From: Hyphomicrobiaceae bacterium
Lineage (GTDB): Bacteria; Pseudomonadota; Alphaproteobacteria; Rhizobiales; Methyloligellaceae
NCBI GenBank assembly: GCA_028066055.1
Contig: JALCBY010000016.1
Location: 2,833 to 66,832 of the forward strand
Direction: 5' to 3'
Length of the DNA stretch: 64,000 nucleotides
A program made the translations under genes and the position numbers. Below the pieces are notes generated by a model. That model was not told where the DNA came from. It made no database searches and was given only the letters and a program-made list of their open reading frames with translations. The first letter of the stretch is position 1; the number at the start of each line of letters is the position of its first letter. Positions 42,362 to 51,396 of this stretch are shown one piece after another.

Positions 42362-43330
42362 ATGCTTCCCCCATTCGAGATTCCCGACAAGATCCTCGTT
42401 GCTATTGGCGGCAATGCCACGCATCCCGAAGATATTGAGGGTACATCACGGGAGCAGAAGGCAATTGCCGCGAATACGGCGCAGGCGCTTTTGCCTCTGG
42501 CCTCGCTCGACAACGAGCTGATCATCACCCATGGCAACGGGCCTGTGGTGGGGAAAATCCTCATGCGCCAGGCGCTGACCCGCGACACGATCGCGCCGAT
42601 GCCGCTCGATATCTGCGTCGCGCATTCACAGGGCGGGATCGCCTATCTTCTCGTGCAGGCGCTTGAAAACGCTCTGCGCGAAATCGACAATCCGAGGCAC
42701 GTCGCTTGCCTCCTGACTCAGGTCGAAGTGGACGCCGACGATCCAGCGTTCGAAAATCCGAGCAAGCCGATCGGCGCTTTCTATGACGAGGAAGAGGCGC
42801 GGCAGATCAATGAGGAGTTGGGTTGGGAAATGAAGGAAGACTCGGGTCGGGGGTGGCGTCACGTCGTTCCGTCCCCCAAACCGCGGCACGTCTGCGATAT
42901 TTCCCTGGTTCAGGTTCTGGCGCGGCGCGGAACCGTGGTCGTTGCAGGCGGTGGTGGCGGGATTCCAGTCGTCCGTGGCGCAAAAGGTGTGCGGCGCGGT
43001 GTACAGGCCGTCATCGACAAGGATCTGACCTCGGCGCATATGGCCAACGTACTCGGCATCGAATTGTTGATGATCCTGACCGCCGTCGACCGGGTCGCCA
43101 TCAATTTCGGATCGGCCAATCAGCAGGAACTCGATTTTGTGACCATGCGCGAATTGCGCGGCCTGCAGAAGGAGGGACATTTTCCTCCCGGCAGCATGGG
43201 GCCGAAGATCGATGCGGCCCTGAGGTTCCTCGAAGGAGGCGGTGAACGCGTCATCATCGCCCATCTCGACAAGGCTATGCCGGCGCTGCGCGGTGAAACG
43301 GGGACACATGTTGTGGCCGGCGATGAATAG
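42362..43330 (+). CDS. carbamate kinase
   Basis: It has ILVAIGGNAT...ITHGNGPVVG...VVAGGGGGIPV..AVIDKDL. These are typical of the carbamate kinase / amino-acid kinase fold. Confidence 0.85.
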   Translation: MLPPFEIPDKILVAIGGNATHPEDIEGTSREQKAIAANTAQALLPLASLDNELIITHGNGPVVGKILMRQALTRDTIAPMPLDICVAHSQGGIAYLLVQALENALREIDNPRHVACLLTQVEVDADDPAFENPSKPIGAFYDEEEARQINEELGWEMKEDSGRGWRHVVPSPKPRHVCDISLVQVLARRGTVVVAGGGGGIPVVRGAKGVRRGVQAVIDKDLTSAHMANVLGIELLMILTAVDRVAINFGSANQQELDFVTMRELRGLQKEGHFPPGSMGPKIDAALRFLEGGGERVIIAHLDKAMPALRGETGTHVVAGDE

Positions 43331-44246
43331 CATTCCCGACCGCTTCCATTTCTCAAGCAGACTGGCAGGCGGCGTTGTATCGACCGTCCTGGAAGACGCG
43401 CAACAAGGCCGTGTCGCAGCGGTATTTCGGTCGACATTTTATGTCGATACGCCAGCGGGATTGTTTTGCGTCGGCAACGAGGCGCTGACCCCATCTCCAC
43501 TCAATCTCGTCACTGCCGCGCCCGTGCGTACCGACTGGCGGGCCAGTGGCGTTCGGCGGGGCACGGCAGTGCGGGTTTCGGCAGGCGATATCAAAATCGG
43601 CGGCTGCTTTTCCTTCTGCTATTCGAATGCCGCACGCTGGACGCCCGCTCCGCTTCCTCGCTCGTGGACCACCATGGACCTTGAGCGGGGACTTCAGGCG
43701 TTCCGGCGGCAGGTCCGAATTTGTGTTCCCGAGGACGGATTTGGACGGTTCCTAGTTTCCGGCACCGTCACATGCGGAGGGAGCACACTGACAGATGCGG
43801 CGCGTTATTCGGTATCCGGAGCAAGGGCCTGGATCGCGGCAGCGATTGCCGGCGGTAAGAAAAGCGCGGGAGATTGCGTCTGGGTCCGTTCCCTGTCCGG
43901 GTTTGGTCCGGGGCTTACGCCGTCGGGAGATGATTTTATCGGTGGAGCCATGATCGCCTTGCGCGCATTGGGCGAGCACGAAATCTGCGATCGAATCTGG
44001 AGTGAAACGCAACGCCAATCCGATATCCGGAGCAATCCGATTTCATACGCGCATTTGCGCGCAGCCTCGGATGGTGAAGGCTGCGCCGCCATTCACGATT
44101 TTCTCAATCATGTGGTGACGGGACAAACCAGCCGGGTCGCCGACAGCCTTGCGGACGTCACCGGCATCGGCCACTCATCAGGTTGGGATGTGGTTGTCGG
44201 CATGGAAGCCGTCCTGGACGGTCGGCTCCGGGCGGATCGGCGCTAA
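43323..44246 (+). CDS. DUF2877 protein (YlbF/AllH-like)
   Basis: It has the GFGPGLTPSGDDFIGGAMIAL motif. ATG 43323 overlaps the carbamate kinase end by 8 nt; the track start is 43242. Confidence 0.7.
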   Translation: MNSIPDRFHFSSRLAGGVVSTVLEDAQQGRVAAVFRSTFYVDTPAGLFCVGNEALTPSPLNLVTAAPVRTDWRASGVRRGTAVRVSAGDIKIGGCFSFCYSNAARWTPAPLPRSWTTMDLERGLQAFRRQVRICVPEDGFGRFLVSGTVTCGGSTLTDAARYSVSGARAWIAAAIAGGKKSAGDCVWVRSLSGFGPGLTPSGDDFIGGAMIALRALGEHEICDRIWSETQRQSDIRSNPISYAHLRAASDGEGCAAIHDFLNHVVTGQTSRVADSLADVTGIGHSSGWDVVVGMEAVLDGRLRADRR

Positions 44247-44525
44247 GCGCATTTTTCCCGGAATAGGCGGGCCAAAACGCAAATCTCTGCGATATCGATT
44301 TCCTCAATCCTAATCAGTGTATTTTCGATTTAGACGATAATATCGTTAATGCTAGCCTTTCATCGGTTGGGACTGAAAACGCGGTTTTCGTAGCGCGAAA
44401 AGAAGGTGTGTGTAGCACTCATTAAAACTATAGGTTGCAGATCGTTTTCAGCCCTGGCGCCGTTTCTGGAAAGCGCAAGCTCAGCCGGCACTACGCCGGA
44501 ACCAGCTCAGTTAGGGAGGAGATAC

Positions 44526-45494
44526 ATGATCCGCAGTCAAAAGAAACCATTGCAAACGGCCGATTCTCACACGGCTCCAAAAGTTACCCGTCGCAGCGCG
44601 GTCGTCACTCTGACCGCGGCCGCGGCAGCCCTCGGGATGGCATCCGCCACGCAGGCCGCGGAATGCGAGAACCCGAAGGAACTGACCTTCGCGATGGTGC
44701 CGACCGAGGAGACTGTTGCGGAACTGCAGCTCTACAAGCCCGTGACGGACCGGCTCGCCAAGGAGACGGGCAAGAAGATCCAGTTCTTTATGCCGACATC
44801 GTATGCATCGGTGGTTGAGGGGCTCTTGAGTAAATTCGTCGACGTGGCGGTTCTCGGACCCTACAGCTATGTCATCGCCAACTCGAAGGACCCCTCGATC
44901 GAGGTGTTCGCGACCTACGCCAAGCGGCCGGGCCACATGCAGGAAGAGGGTCCCGGCTACAAGGCGGCCCTGGTCACCAAGAAGGGATCGAAATACAAAG
45001 ACATCGATTCACTCAAGGGCAAGACCCTCGGGCTGGTGGATCCGGGAAGCACGTCAGGAAATCTGTTTCCGCGTGTCGTGTTTGCTCCCAAAGTTGGCGG
45101 TGATCTCGACAAGTATTTCGGCAAGGTGGTCTACACCGGCAGCCATGAGCTCTCTACCGTCGCGGTCGACAAGGGTAAGGTCGATGCCGCATTCGTCGCC
45201 ACCCACCGATTCGACAATGTTGTGAACAAGGGCGACGTCAAGTTGGAGGACTTCAACATCCTCTGGAAGTCTCCAGCCATTCCGCAGGATCCGTTCGTCT
45301 ACCGCGCCACGCTCTGCCAGGATCTGAAGGACAAGATCAAGGCGACATTCCTTGGGCTTTCCGCCAGCAACCCGGGCGAGAAGAAGTTCCTCGACAACGT
45401 CAAGTCCAACAAGTTCGTGGGCATGACGTCGAAGGACTATGACGTCATCCGGGATCTGAAGAAGGCCAAGGACGCACGCAAAAAGAAAAAGTAG
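44526..45494 (+). CDS. phnD: phosphonate/phosphite ABC transporter substrate-binding protein
   Basis: ATG 44526 lies after GGGAGGAG. It has a Tat-like/signal region TRRSAVVTLTAAAAALGMASATQA. The segments LTFAMVPTEE, GLVDPGSTSG and SPAIPQDPFVYR are PhnD-like. Confidence 0.85.
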   Translation: MIRSQKKPLQTADSHTAPKVTRRSAVVTLTAAAAALGMASATQAAECENPKELTFAMVPTEETVAELQLYKPVTDRLAKETGKKIQFFMPTSYASVVEGLLSKFVDVAVLGPYSYVIANSKDPSIEVFATYAKRPGHMQEEGPGYKAALVTKKGSKYKDIDSLKGKTLGLVDPGSTSGNLFPRVVFAPKVGGDLDKYFGKVVYTGSHELSTVAVDKGKVDAAFVATHRFDNVVNKGDVKLEDFNILWKSPAIPQDPFVYRATLCQDLKDKIKATFLGLSASNPGEKKFLDNVKSNKFVGMTSKDYDVIRDLKKAKDARKKKK

Positions 45495-45532
45495 TGCGAG
45501 CCGACCGGCGCAAGCCGGATGTGCGACTATGT

Positions 45533-45558
45533 GGGACGGGCGTTTGACCGCCCGTCCC
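45533..45558 (+). other. intercistronic stem-loop between phnD and phnC
   Basis: GGGACGGGCG (45533-45542), a 6-nt loop, then CGCCCGTCCC (45549-45558). This is a perfect 10-bp stem immediately before the phnC RBS (AGGGGGA). Confidence 0.55.
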
Positions 45559-45571
45559 GGCAGGGGGACCT

Positions 45572-46324
45572 ATGCCTATACTTTCCGTAAGAGATCTGCG
45601 GGTGCGCTATTCATCGTCGGGCCCGGAAATCCTCAAAGGCATCAGTTTTGATGTCGAGGAGGATGATTTCTTTGCCATCATCGGGCCGAGCGGTGCCGGC
45701 AAGTCGACGCTGATCCGCTGTATCAATCGCCTTGTCACACCGACGGACGGTGAGATCATTCTATACGGGACGGATGTGCTGTCGCTCAACGCCCGCCACC
45801 TGCGCCGTCTGCGCCGCGACATCGGCATGATATTCCAGGAGTTCAACCTGGTGAACCGCATGTCGGTGATGGACAACGTTCTGTCCGGGCGGCTCGGATA
45901 TATGGGCAACTTCGCCGGTCTTTTCCGCCTGTTCTCAAAAAAGGATATTTCACGCGCACTGTCGGTCCTGGACCGGGTCGGATTGTCCGATCATGTGGAC
46001 AAGCGCGCCGATGAGCTCTCGGGCGGGCAGCGTCAGCGCGTTGGAATCGCGCGCGCCCTGATGCAGGACCCGAAGCTGCTGCTCCTGGACGAGCCGACCT
46101 CGAGCCTCGATCCGAAAATTTCCCGCGAGGTCATGGCGCTGATCATGGAAATCGCGGCCGAATACGGCGTGCCGGTCCTGTGCAACATCCACGATGTGCA
46201 GCTCGCCATGGAATTCTGCAACAAGATCATTGGATTGCAGGACGGGATCAAGATGTTCGACGGGCCGACCACGAAAATGAACAAGAAGAAACTCGACGAG
46301 ATCTACGCCATGGAGGTGCTGTAG
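45572..46324 (+). CDS. phnC: phosphonate ABC transporter ATP-binding protein
   Basis: It has Walker A GPSGAGKST, signature LSGGQRQRVGIARAL, and the PhnC-like LSGRLGY insert. Confidence 0.9.
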   Translation: MPILSVRDLRVRYSSSGPEILKGISFDVEEDDFFAIIGPSGAGKSTLIRCINRLVTPTDGEIILYGTDVLSLNARHLRRLRRDIGMIFQEFNLVNRMSVMDNVLSGRLGYMGNFAGLFRLFSKKDISRALSVLDRVGLSDHVDKRADELSGGQRQRVGIARALMQDPKLLLLDEPTSSLDPKISREVMALIMEIAAEYGVPVLCNIHDVQLAMEFCNKIIGLQDGIKMFDGPTTKMNKKKLDEIYAMEVL

Positions 46325-47145
46325 TGGCCGTCGCCGACGCCACCATCCGGAATGTGGATCGCATCATTGCGGCGCGTGCGAAGACGCGGACCATTCGCGC
46401 GCTCATCTACATGGTGGTCCTGCTCCTCGTTGTCTGGAGCGTCAAGACCACGATCGTCGACGACACGGACTGGGAGCGTATGGGCTCTGTGGGGAATGTT
46501 CTCCACGGGGTGGTTCAGTTTCTCGGAATCGACTGGGGTTTGGTTCCAAACCTCTGGCAACCCGCGGTCGAAACCATCATGGTGGCGACGCTCGGCACCT
46601 TGCTTGGCGTCATGATGTGTGTCCCGGCCATCTGGTTCGGCGCGCTCAATATCACTCCGTATCCGCCGATCACCTATCCGATCGCTCGTCTGATGATGAC
46701 CCTGAGCCGATCGATCCACGAAATCGTCTGGGCACTGTTTTTCGTTGCCGCAGTGGGCCTTGGTGCACTCGCCGGCGTCCTGGCAATTGCCGTGCGGTCC
46801 ATCGGCTTTATTGCCAAGATGACCGCCGAGGCAATCGAAGATCTGGATCCGAAACCGGTTGAGGCCATTCGGGCCGTCGGCGGTAGTGATTTTCAGGTTT
46901 TCGTCTATGCCATTCTGCCCCAGATCCTGCCGGTGATGATCGGCGTCATCATCTTCGAGTGGGAAATCAACATCCGCCGCTCGTCGGTCCTCGGGCTTGT
47001 CGGCGCAGGCGGTCTCGGGCTGGTGTTTTTCCGGCAACTCAACACATTCAACCATCCCGGTGTGACCACGGTGATTCTCGCCATTCTGGTGCTCATCCTG
47101 TTCGGCGAGGTGGTGTCCTACTATGTACGAAAGGCGATCATCTGA
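46324..47145 (+). CDS. phnE: phosphonate ABC transporter permease
   Basis: The GTG start overlaps the phnC stop (TAGTG); the track ORF 46180- overextends. It has the PhnE-like RSIHEIVWALFFVAAVGLG and EAIRAVGGS motifs. Confidence 0.85.
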   Translation: MAVADATIRNVDRIIAARAKTRTIRALIYMVVLLLVVWSVKTTIVDDTDWERMGSVGNVLHGVVQFLGIDWGLVPNLWQPAVETIMVATLGTLLGVMMCVPAIWFGALNITPYPPITYPIARLMMTLSRSIHEIVWALFFVAAVGLGALAGVLAIAVRSIGFIAKMTAEAIEDLDPKPVEAIRAVGGSDFQVFVYAILPQILPVMIGVIIFEWEINIRRSSVLGLVGAGGLGLVFFRQLNTFNHPGVTTVILAILVLILFGEVVSYYVRKAII

Positions 47146-47148
47146 GCG

Positions 47149-47997
47149 ATGAGCAGCACGGCCAATACAAGCGCCCGACCGCAGGGAGATCCCCCGCGCG
47201 AATGGCATCGTTTCCGGTTCCCGGAATCGCTCTATCGCTGGGGCGGTGTCATGCTGGCGCTGCTCTTCCTGAGCTATTCGTTCGTCTATCTGAATATACC
47301 GCTCGATCGGTTCCTCGGGATGTTCGGCCGGATCGGCCAGGTTATCGCCGATCGCTACTATCCGCCGGACATCGAATACGTTACCGAGCCCGACTATCTG
47401 GCATCCGTCGTGGACACCATCCAGATGGCCTATCTGGGGGCTTTGTTCGGGATGCTCATGGCGATCCCGCTCGGCTGGTTCGGCTCTTACAACATGACGC
47501 CGAGCCGGGGGTTCGTTTATCCGGTCGCCCGGCTGCTCACGATGGCCGCGCGCGCGGTGCACGAGACCATCTGGGCCATTCTCTTCGTCACCATCCTGGG
47601 GTTCGGGATGCTGGCCGGCGTTCTCGCGCTTACGATGTTCTGTACCGGCTTCGCCGGCAAACTGTTCGCCGAGGAAATCGAGGCGATCGATATGGGTCCC
47701 GTGGAGGCGATCCGGGCAACGGGTGCGAGCGAACTGAACGTGATGGCTTATGGTGTCTTTCCGCAGGTGCGTGTCGCCTTTACTGGTATCGGTATCTACA
47801 CTTGGGATGTCGCATTCCGCGCCGCTACAGTCGTGGGCTTTTTCGGTGCTGGCGGCATGGGCTGGTATCTGAAACGCAATGTCCTCCAGATTGAAACCGA
47901 ACGCGTCGCGGCGATCCTGCTGTCGATCATTGTGCTGGTTTTGATTTCTGAAGGCGTGTCGGCCTGGGCGCGCTCACGGGTCGCCAGGGCGAAATAG
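47149..47997 (+). CDS. phnE: phosphonate ABC transporter permease (second copy)
   Basis: It is a paralogue of the preceding gene (AVHETIWAILFVTILGFG, EAIRATGAS). Confidence 0.85.
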   Translation: MSSTANTSARPQGDPPREWHRFRFPESLYRWGGVMLALLFLSYSFVYLNIPLDRFLGMFGRIGQVIADRYYPPDIEYVTEPDYLASVVDTIQMAYLGALFGMLMAIPLGWFGSYNMTPSRGFVYPVARLLTMAARAVHETIWAILFVTILGFGMLAGVLALTMFCTGFAGKLFAEEIEAIDMGPVEAIRATGASELNVMAYGVFPQVRVAFTGIGIYTWDVAFRAATVVGFFGAGGMGWYLKRNVLQIETERVAAILLSIIVLVLISEGVSAWARSRVARAK

Positions 47998-47999
47998 CG

Positions 48000-48884
48000 C
48001 TATGGTGCCTTTTTGCGTTTCGCGACGAGCGTTTCAGCCAGTTTGAGAACTTCACGAATGAGCGGCCGGTTCCGGCGTGCCTTGAGGCAGGCAATGTAGG
48101 CGCGCGTGTTCATTTGCGCATCGGTCACCATAAGGGGATGCAGAGCCGGGTGCGGCGCAAATTCGGTTTCCGAAATCACGCCGATGCCGAGGTTGCGGAC
48201 AATCGCCTCGCGCAAACCCTCACGGCTCTCGATCTCGAATACGGGCTCGATCTCGATCCCCGCCTTCGCCGCCGCCTTGTCGAAAGCTTCCTGGGTCGTG
48301 GAGCTCGCGGTGCGAACGATCATCGCGTGACCGTCCAGCTCCTTCATTCTCACAGACCGGCGCTTCGAGAGCGGGTGCTCGCGGTTGACGATAACGAACA
48401 CCCGGTGCTGATTGTAAAACACCGAATGGATGGTGTCGCTCGCGCAGTCGCGCCCGGTAACGCCGATGTCCGCGCGAAAAGCCTCCAGGTCCTCGACCAC
48501 TTCCTCGATCAGCGTCAGTCGCACCGAGCACTTGATGCCAGGAAGCCGGTCCTGCATGGAGGCGATGACTTCCATGACGTCGTACGGACCGACTGCGCTG
48601 AAGTTGAGCTCGCCACGCGCCAACTCCTTTACCGACGTCAGGAACGCGATTGCCTCCTGCTCATGTCCGTACAGATCATGAGTGATGTCGAACAGCATCC
48701 GGCCCGCCGGTGTCAGCGTGATGGATCGGCCCTTGCGGTGAAACAGTTCCACCCCGAAGCGTCCCTCGAGGTTGCTTACATGCGAGGAAATGGTCGGCTG
48801 GCCGACATTCAGTTTTCGTGCAGCTCCGGTAAAACTGCCTTGGGTGGCAACCTGATGGAACGCTTCAAGCCATTTCTGATACAT
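48000..48884 (-). CDS. LysR family transcriptional regulator
   Basis: It has the N-terminal HTH FHQVATQGSFTGAARKLNVGQPTISSHVSNLE. It is divergent from phnA. Confidence 0.9.
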   Translation of the reverse strand: MYQKWLEAFHQVATQGSFTGAARKLNVGQPTISSHVSNLEGRFGVELFHRKGRSITLTPAGRMLFDITHDLYGHEQEAIAFLTSVKELARGELNFSAVGPYDVMEVIASMQDRLPGIKCSVRLTLIEEVVEDLEAFRADIGVTGRDCASDTIHSVFYNQHRVFVIVNREHPLSKRRSVRMKELDGHAMIVRTASSTTQEAFDKAAAKAGIEIEPVFEIESREGLREAIVRNLGIGVISETEFAPHPALHPLMVTDAQMNTRAYIACLKARRNRPLIREVLKLAETLVAKRKKAP

Positions 48885-48897
48885 AGATTAAATCGAT

Positions 48898-48918
48898 CAA
48901 TTGGTCTTGCTTTCCAAT
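48898..48918. promoter_or_regulatory. LysR-type (T-N11-A-like) inverted repeat
   Basis: AATTGG (48898-48903), 9 nt, CCAATT (48913-48918). It lies 14 nt upstream of the LysR start, in the 118-bp divergent region. Confidence 0.4.
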
Positions 48919-49002
48919 TTTACCAAATAGTATGGGAAATGCTAGATATCTTCATACAGCCTCCGATATGCCCAAAAGTTCAATGAGGCAGGACGGGAAA
49001 AC

Positions 49003-50259
49003 ATGACAGACAGCGCAACCGAACTGAATGGAGTCACATATGCAGTTCCGGTCGATCCGGTCGCAGTCGTGTGTATCGACGGGAGCGATCCGGAGTATTT
49101 CGAGGCGGCCAAAAAAGCGGGCGTTATTCCGAACATCGCACGTTACATGAACGAGGGATTCAACGGCATCGCCCATTGTGTGATCCCGAGCTTTACCTGT
49201 CCGAACAACATGTCAATTGCCACAGGCAGCCCACCCAAGGTGCATGGCATTTCGGGGAACTTCTATCTCGATCCGGACTCTGGAGAACCGGTTGTCATGA
49301 CCGGACCGGAACTGATGCGCTCGCGCACGATTTTCGACGTTCTGTCGAAGGCGGGTGCGCGCACGGTCGTCGTCACCGCAAAGGACAAGCTGCGCCGGCA
49401 ATTGGGTAAAGGGCTCGAGGTCGGCAACGGCAACGTCTGCTTCTCCTCCCAGGATGCCGACAAGACCACCATGGCGGAAAATGGCATCGACGATGCACTC
49501 GGTTTCGTCGGCCAGCCTTTGCCGGATATGTACTCCGAAGAACTGTCCCTGTTCGTGCTCGACGCGGGCATCAGGTTCCTCGAACAGGACAACCCTCCCG
49601 CGCTGCTGTATCTGTCGCTAACCGACTATGTGCAGCACAAATATGCGCCGGACCATCCAAAGGCGCTTGAGTTCTACAAGGTGCTGGACGACCGCTTTGC
49701 GCGGTTGGAGGAGCTGGGCGCGGTGGTGGCGCTGGTCGCCGATCACGGCATGAAGGACAAGTGCACCGCGGACGGCAGCTACAATATCGTCTACCTGCAG
49801 GACCTGCTGGATGAACGGTTTGGTGCCGGCAACACCAAGGTCATCTGCCCGATAACCGATGCTTTTGTCGGGCACCACGGATCGCTCGGCGGGTTTGTCC
49901 GGGTGCATTGCTTTAACGGTGTGAATGCGAGCGAAGTAATTGATTTCGTTCGGCCGATCGAAGGGATCGAAGAGGTGTTGGGGCGCGAGGACGCGGCGGC
50001 ACGGTTTGATCTGCCGTTCGATGTGGAAGCGGATGCGGTTGTCATTTCCGGCGAGAATTATTGCGTCGGCGCGGCGGAGGCGGATCATGATCTGGCCGGC
50101 CTGAACGGTGAGCGGTTGCGGACCCATGGCGGCATCTCGGAACGTGATGTCCCGTTCGTGATCAGCCGTCCACTCAATGAAACCTATCTGGCGAAAGCCC
50201 GGTCGAGCCAGCTCAAGAACTACAACATCTTCGAATTTGCCATTAACGGCACGACATAG
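49003..50259 (+). CDS. phnA: phosphonoacetate hydrolase (alkaline phosphatase superfamily)
   Basis: The stretch VVCIDGSDPEYF...CVIPSFTCPNNMSIATGSPPKVHGISGNFYLDP...VVVTAKDKLR parallels the Pseudomonas fluorescens 23F PhnA sequence as I recall it. Confidence 0.85.
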   Translation: MTDSATELNGVTYAVPVDPVAVVCIDGSDPEYFEAAKKAGVIPNIARYMNEGFNGIAHCVIPSFTCPNNMSIATGSPPKVHGISGNFYLDPDSGEPVVMTGPELMRSRTIFDVLSKAGARTVVVTAKDKLRRQLGKGLEVGNGNVCFSSQDADKTTMAENGIDDALGFVGQPLPDMYSEELSLFVLDAGIRFLEQDNPPALLYLSLTDYVQHKYAPDHPKALEFYKVLDDRFARLEELGAVVALVADHGMKDKCTADGSYNIVYLQDLLDERFGAGNTKVICPITDAFVGHHGSLGGFVRVHCFNGVNASEVIDFVRPIEGIEEVLGREDAAARFDLPFDVEADAVVISGENYCVGAAEADHDLAGLNGERLRTHGGISERDVPFVISRPLNETYLAKARSSQLKNYNIFEFAINGTT

Positions 50260-50261
50260 TC

Positions 50262-51377
50262 GTGCGAGGGGGAAATACAGTGAGTCAGCGTCAAGCGCGT
50301 GCAGCAGTATACGATGCGCCCAACACGCCATTTGTCATTCGGGATTATCCGCTTCGGGACGTACGGCCCGACGAAGTGCTGGTGCGCATTTCGATGTCGA
50401 CGATTTGCCGTTCGGACATCCATTCCTGGGAGGGACATCGGCCCAATCCCTGCCCCGGCATTCTCGGGCATGAGATCATCGGCGTGATCGATCAGCTGGG
50501 TTCCGATATCGAGAGGGATATGCGGGGAGATGCGCTGGCTGTTGGCGACCGGATCACATGGACGGAATATTTCCACCACGGCGAATCCTATTATCGCGAC
50601 GTTCACGACATGCCGCAAAAGTCGAACGGGGTACGCAAATACGGTCATGACCTGGTCGAGGAGGATCCGCATTTCCTCGGCGGCTTCGCGGAATATTGCT
50701 ACGTCGTTCCCGGTACCGGCATTCTCAAACTCCCCGACGACCTGAGCGACGAAGAGGCGACACCCCTCAATTGCGGCGTAGCCACCATGGTTTCGGTTAC
50801 GGAAGCGTCCGAGATCGGCCTGGGCGATGTGGTTGCCGTACAGGGGCTTGGGTTGCTTGGTCTTTACGGGTGCGCCATGGCAAAGGCGCGCGGTGCGCGG
50901 CGTGTCATCGGTCTGGATTCGGTTCCTGAGCGCCTTGAGGCGGCGATGAAGTTCGGTGCCGATGTCACGGTCGACGTCTCAAATCGTGATGAGGATGAGG
51001 TCATTGAAGAGGTGCGCGCGCTTGCGCCGCCGGACGGGGTCGACGTGGTTATCGAGGTGTGCGGCGTGCCCGACGTTATTCCGGCCGGGCTGAAGATGCT
51101 CCGCATCGGTGGCCGTTATACGCTTGGCGGGATCGTGACGCCGGATGCAGACGTAACAGTCGATGCCAATCTCTTCGTCAAGAAGTGGGTCACGCTCAAA
51201 GGTATCCACAACTACCACCCCCGGCATCTCATCCAGGCGCTCGACTTTGTGGTTACCAATCGCGACAGGTTTCCCTTCAAGGATATCGTGGATTCGAAAT
51301 TTTCCCTTGATGAGTTGAATGAGGCATTCAAGCGCGCGTCCGAACGCACCGTTTTGCGTGCGGCCGTCGTTCCGTAA
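50262..51377 (+). CDS. zinc-dependent alcohol dehydrogenase (MDR superfamily)
   Basis: It has CRSDIHSWEG..GHE (catalytic Zn ligands) and a Rossmann VAVQGLGLLGL segment. The start is GTG 50262, or GTG 50280 after GAGGGGGA. Confidence 0.8.
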   Translation: MRGGNTVSQRQARAAVYDAPNTPFVIRDYPLRDVRPDEVLVRISMSTICRSDIHSWEGHRPNPCPGILGHEIIGVIDQLGSDIERDMRGDALAVGDRITWTEYFHHGESYYRDVHDMPQKSNGVRKYGHDLVEEDPHFLGGFAEYCYVVPGTGILKLPDDLSDEEATPLNCGVATMVSVTEASEIGLGDVVAVQGLGLLGLYGCAMAKARGARRVIGLDSVPERLEAAMKFGADVTVDVSNRDEDEVIEEVRALAPPDGVDVVIEVCGVPDVIPAGLKMLRIGGRYTLGGIVTPDADVTVDANLFVKKWVTLKGIHNYHPRHLIQALDFVVTNRDRFPFKDIVDSKFSLDELNEAFKRASERTVLRAAVVP

Positions 51378-51396
51378 AAGCCACCGGAGGTATCCC

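Noticed and set aside
44247-44525. Pho box (CTGTCAT-N4-CTGTCAT-like) upstream of phnD
   Set aside because: No such direct repeat is visible. Only small unrelated palindromes are present.
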